A stretch of DNA of 64,000 nucleotides from Nemertoderma westbladi (Eukaryota; Animalia; Xenacoelomorpha). The DNA lies in contig JAUCBJ010009018.1 in assembly GCA_032718475.1 (NCBI GenBank), forward strand, positions 1,096 to 65,095. Reading direction: 5' to 3'. Position 1 is the first letter of the stretch; every line of letters starts with the position of its first letter. This document shows, in pieces, positions 59,001-64,000 of the stretch. Made by a program: the position numbers and the translations under genes. Under the pieces are notes generated by a model, which was not told the DNA's origin, searched no databases, and worked only from the letters and a program-made list of their open reading frames with translations.

Positions 59001-62000
59001 TGTACCACTTAATCTTTCTTTAAAATATTCCTTTCTGAATTAGAAGTAATAAAGTTATCGCAAATTTGATGTGAATTCTATTAAATAATACTAGCTACTA
59101 TTAATTAGCTATACTGTGTTATTGAAGGTGATATTCCAGAATCTTAATCAAATAATCTTACCAAAAATTTGATTAAACTAGCTAATTGTTCAAAAGATCC
59201 TACAACTAAACATTTTATTTATAAATTTATTAATAATTACCAACGCAATTACTTATCTAGAATAAATAATGCGAAATCAACAGAAAAATAATCCAGATCG
59301 TTGATTGGATAAATATTTTATTACCGCATTTTTGGAATTTTGATTGGATAATTACTTTTTTGTCGGCATACGCGTACAAAAAAGTCTTTTATGTCCGCAT
59401 ACGCGGACAAAAAAAGCCTTTTATGTCCGCATTTTTACGGATAAAAAAGTGAATTTTTAAAAGAAAAAATATTTATGATTAAGAATTAATTACGGACTAT
59501 AATAAAAATTAAATAAGCACAAGCTATATCAATCACAACCAGCCGATCTCTTTGTGCAGTAGGCCTGCATGGGGGTCTACGGTATGTGTGTAAGCAGTCC
59601 CTTCCTTACCTTAAACATCAGGGCAAAGTGATTGTCCAGCTCCATAGCTTGCCATGGTGGATGCCCATTGGCCATCTCTATGACGACACAACCCGTCGAC
59701 CATACGTCACAACTTCGTCCATAATCCTCCCCTCGCAGGACCTAAAATTTAGAGTTTAAATTTTGTTTGGAAATAAAAGGATTTCACAGATGAATTAAAT
59801 ACATAAATAAATAAAATTGACTTTATTATAATTTTGATAAATTAAAGTTATTAATATTAAAATGTTACCAACAAATTTTCTAATAACATTTGTTATTAAA
59901 ATCTAATCTTCAATAAATCTACGAATACTACTGAATTCACTACAACTTACTTCTGGAGCCATAAATGCGATGGTGCCCAATAGTTGACCCTGGAATTCCC
60001 CACCGAACGTTTGTTGCGACTGCAGACGGGCTGCCGTACCAAAGTCAGACAGTTTCAGCTTCTGGCCGGTCGAGTCTACCAGAAGATTAGCGCCTAAAAT
60101 AATTGAACAAATAATGAAAAATAACTGTAAATATAATCTAAGAAAATATCTACCTATAGTTTATAAAATATCGAATGATGTCATTACAGAGACAGATATT
60201 CAATATTTGTAAGGCGCGGGGCGGGGTGGTGTTCTTGCGATAAATGATCTCACCTTTAATATCGCGGTGGATAATGTGATGGTGGTGGATGTAAGTCAGC
60301 GCCCTCAAGAGTTGTTTGAGGTAATTGATTATGGTTGGTTCTTGGAACGGACCATAAACTGATAACAATGAATTAATGCTTCCTCCAGCCATCCATTCAA
60401 CGAACAGATTAAAATGAACACCCTAGAAAAAATAAGTACCGTAGCTCAAGAACTTTCAGTTAGGTCATAAAGTCTGTCCACCCACCTCTCACATTGCTAC
60501 GGGCTAGGACTATAAGCTTAATTAAACACGTATAGAGTTAAAAAGAAGACTTAAAGTTAAAAAGACTTAGACTAAAATGTTTCAAACGTACCTGTTGCGT
60601 TGCCCCTAACAACCGAGGAATATTTGGATGGTCTAATTTCCTCATCAACTCGATCTCCTTGGTAACAGAGGCTACAACCTTAACCTGTTCCTCCTCCGTG
60701 TTGCGGCAAAACGAAATCTGCAATTCGAAATCAAATAATTAAATTTATTTAACCTAAAATAAAATCACAAATAAAATGTATAGACTGTATACTGCTACAC
60801 AACATTTTTATGCCTAACCCAGTACAATATATTATATATATATACCGGTACAATATATACAAGTTGTACAAAAATGCAGCTGTCTGGATAACTAATTATT
60901 AATTAATTAAATTACTATCATTATCAACATAAATTACTGAACATCAATAAGAGTAATAGAGGTTGTTAGGCCTGCACTAAATATCGCAAAATAAATAAGT
61001 TGATAAATTAAAAAATCAGGCATTTATGTTGCAGATAAATTCAACACTTCTGGATGTAAAGAATATATATTTTATTTATTTATGAAATGCGCTCCATCTC
61101 CCCCCTCTATCAATCAACACTCCATACGAAACTCTAATATAACAATTATTTACTACTACATTTACATTTATATGACGCTAAATTTATCGTCAGTGGGGAA
61201 TTTATATTGGAGTAAATTAAAATATGATATACAAATAAATAATTAGTATCGTGTCTACGACAGCTATTCCCCTGACTGACCTGTTTGACTGCCATTAGCG
61301 ACCCGGACTGTTTATCAACCGCCTGGAAACAGCTGGAGAAGGCCCCTGTCCCGATCAGCTGACCCTTAGACCACCCCGTACCGAGTAGCTGTCCCTCCAC
61401 GTAATCCCCACTGCTCCCATCCGCCGTATCCGACAGGTAGTGGATTATTGTCGTATCAGCGCCATCTACTGTTAATCCCGGGATGCGGGGCACAGTTGAT
61501 TCCGCAACCGCACGCAAGAGGGCGTCATCCTCCTCAATTGTTTTGGATTTCAACAGAATGGAAGCTTTTGATTGAAAAACCTGGAAATTTAAAAATAATT
61601 AATATTATCCAATACAAATTAATCGTCCAATCAGAAACCTCATGATCAACCTTCAACCAGACTCCGTGTTCCTTTCCACAATATAGTTTCACAATGACCT
61701 GTTTCACAATAGTATTTGCCGGCGCAGTTTTAAAGTTCGCAGTTTCGGGTTACCTTGGGAGAGGTAACACGTTTACCGATAACTTAACTAAACGATATTT
61801 TTAGACTCCCTTACAATGTACCTCCCCAATTGGTTGGTTGACTCACAACACAGTATACATAATTACCGCCTCCGCTTTGCAGGACATTACTTTCGCCGCG
61901 AGGAGCAGCCAGTGCATAATCTTGTACTTTGGCAGCCTCATGGAGTGAATAAGCATGGTGGACAGCCCCTGACTTTCTTGAGACGCATCTTAAAGGACAC

Positions 62001-63786
62001 TGGCCTTGAAGATGCGGATGATCTAGCAAATGTCATGGGTGATAGGGAGTTGTGGCGGCGCAATTTTGTCGACAAGCCGGCATAGCATTCTTAATATACA
62101 TGTAAAGTATATATAATGCAGCATGCCGATCGTAGTAGTAATAGTAGTAGTATATACACAATTACTTTTCGTTGGTTGAATTAGCGAAATGGTTATAAAA
62201 CTAACCGGAAGTCCCAATTCTTTTCGAAACGAGACGAACTGATGCGAAGGCTGGGTTTCATCGAACGCCGAATTTGGTGACGTCATTGTGGTTGCTATGG
62301 AATCCTGGCGTAAAGTCGAATCCGTGGATTGGCTGCTGGACGATGTTGTGGTTGTATGTGATCGGATAGTTGATGAGGTGGTGGTCAATACGCCGAAAAA
62401 CTGGAAATATAAAACATTGTAATTTTTATACATTTAAATTATTTAATAACATAAAAAGGCACTGAACATTAATTAATAAGGTAGCTTAACATTTATAGCT
62501 TCTGTTCTAGATTCCAGGACAAACGCCTGACTTTATTATAAGGTATGTGACGATCAATATTCTTCCCAATATTAAATATTAAAGACCCATATAATACTGT
62601 AGCTCTACTCCTATACTCTACTGTAAAAGAGATTAAAGCCCTCTTTACTGTGGATAAACACCGAGTTTATCAAGATATCTCTGTACTGTATAATAATCTT
62701 TCTATCTCACCTGGGGATCCAACCCATTGCTAAGGCAACCCTGTAACCCTGAGTCGTCTGAAACCTCGCGTGCACCGCTAGCGCCGACTGCGGTAAGGAT
62801 TCTCTCCTTCATCTTCCAGCCGTCAGACACCCCGTCGAGTCGGTCTAGAAGGCGGCCATAGCAAGCCGGGAAGTCCCTGGCAGAGAGTTTTCCACAACGC
62901 AGAATGACTCGCTTAGCGTATCGAGTAATTCTGGAAGTTGAGCTGTTGAACGAGTCCAAAGCATACTCACACACCCGATCCAATAGTCCCTCAGTACAGA
63001 CGAACCGGTCTACCGAGAGGAGGCGATCCATCGTGTACAGGGATCCGATCCGGTCCGCATCCGACCTGAGTAGTTGAGTCAATATGAATCCTTCATCCAG
63101 TTCCCATCGCGGTTGCCAAAGAGATGGCGGATTCTCCGCGGCGTTGGAACCAAGACCCAACTCGCCTTTGCTTCCCAGACAGAGTTCTTCAAGGGTTGAT
63201 ACGGACAGCTGAGCAGTGCGTCGGTGGTCACTGCCCGACTTGGCTATTAGCATTGTAACCACGGAAGTTAGGCATTCCGTCATGCGTTGCTTGGTTACGG
63301 AGTCAACAATAGGTGAAGCGTAGGTTATTAGGTTACGGAGCACTTCCTGTTAAAGAGTAATGTATTTCAGTTCAATAAATTATCAATAATTAGTAAGTTG
63401 GGCTTTCTAAAGGTTAGCGAGGCGAAAGTATTTATTTGGCTAACAATAGTTACTGAGGGACGAACAGCTAAAAAGGAAATTAATACTACAGTAGGTTAGT
63501 TATAAAACGGAAATTATGATTGTTAATAAAGAAATAAAAGTATGAGGCAATTTTATTCAAACCGCTCTAAGAACTTTATACTTACCAAATTAGCAACAAA
63601 CACTTTGTATTCCTTATCGGCGCAAACTAGTTGAATAAGTTGAGCGGTAGACTCGAAAACAGAAAGTTGTTTACATTCATCGTTGTCAAGGAGATGAATA
63701 ACATCATTGGCTATTTCATTGAGGGAAAGTTTCCGCGTCAGACAATCTCGGGAAAATAAGCGGGAGATTTGATCGATTCCAAATAA
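56093..63786 (-). CDS. MAP3K1: MAP kinase kinase kinase 1 (MEKK1), last nine exons; 5' part lies outside the window
   Basis: GT-AG exons 63586-63786, 62711-63346, 62206-62400, 61281-61580, 60592-60717, 60254-60422, 59951-60093, 59610-59741 and 56093-56242 splice in frame. Kinase motifs [71 protein letters not shown] are MEKK1-specific; [11 protein letters not shown] matches the MEKK1 TOG/ARM region. Confidence 0.93.
58196..59468. repeat. Inverted repeat pair (MITE-like) in the last MAP3K1 intron
   Basis: ttttcttttaaaaattcaccttttctccgcaaaaatgcgga versus tccgcatttttacggataaaaaagtgaatttttaaaagaaaa. Confidence 0.55.
61820..62085 (+). mobile_element. RTE LINE 3' fragment in a MAP3K1 intron (antisense to the gene)
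   Basis: [24 protein letters not shown]...DTGL...MGDRELWR is typical of the RTE ORF C-terminus. Confidence 0.8.
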
Positions 63787-63902
63787 CTGAAAGAAATTAG
63801 AATTAGATTCCTTAGAATCTATAAAGATTAATAAATTAAAATTAGATTAAATTATATTTTTGTAAAACCTACTATAGCTGTGACCATTAACCTGTTACTT
63901 TA

Positions 63903-64000
63903 GGGGCTGTGCACAAATGATGTCACGCTTTTCTTTGACGATTTTCGACCCCCCTCCCCCCTCTGTCACAATCCGTCACGAATTTTGTAAAACCCCTCCC
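63903..64000 (+). mobile_element. DNA-transposon/MITE left end, truncated by the window edge
   Basis: ggggctgtgcacaaatgatgtcacgc...gaccccctccccctctgtcaca; related to 3578..3650. Confidence 0.5.

Overview
Eukaryotic, AT-rich, repeat-dense DNA with spliceosomal introns (probably an invertebrate; the species cannot be determined). It is dominated by two recently inserted, head-to-head copies of one unusually large BEL/Pao LTR retrotransposon family. Element A (4457..16584, minus strand, TSD GATTG) has an open Gag-protease ORF but has deleted RT, most of RNase H, and integrase. Element B (18944..37549, plus strand, 18.6 kb, TSD GGAGT) has five disablements in gag-PR, an intact RT-RNase H-integrase frame, and an intact 1417-aa extra ORF in the env position that encodes a WRN/EXD-like DEDD 3'-5' exonuclease plus Cys/His zinc knuckles. 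Neither element has a TGG-type tRNA primer-binding site. Instead, the 11-12 nt after each 5' LTR are perfectly complementary to a site inside that LTR, with two compensatory base changes between A and B, which suggests Tf1-like self-priming. The window also holds a third, decayed BEL-related element whose gag is fused in frame to a captured piece of a neighbouring C2H2 zinc-finger gene. Other features are that 11-finger ZNF gene, RTE/CRE-like non-LTR remnants, several MITEs, and the last nine exons of a MAP3K1/MEKK1 gene on the minus strand. All comparisons were made by eye; no alignments or database searches were run.
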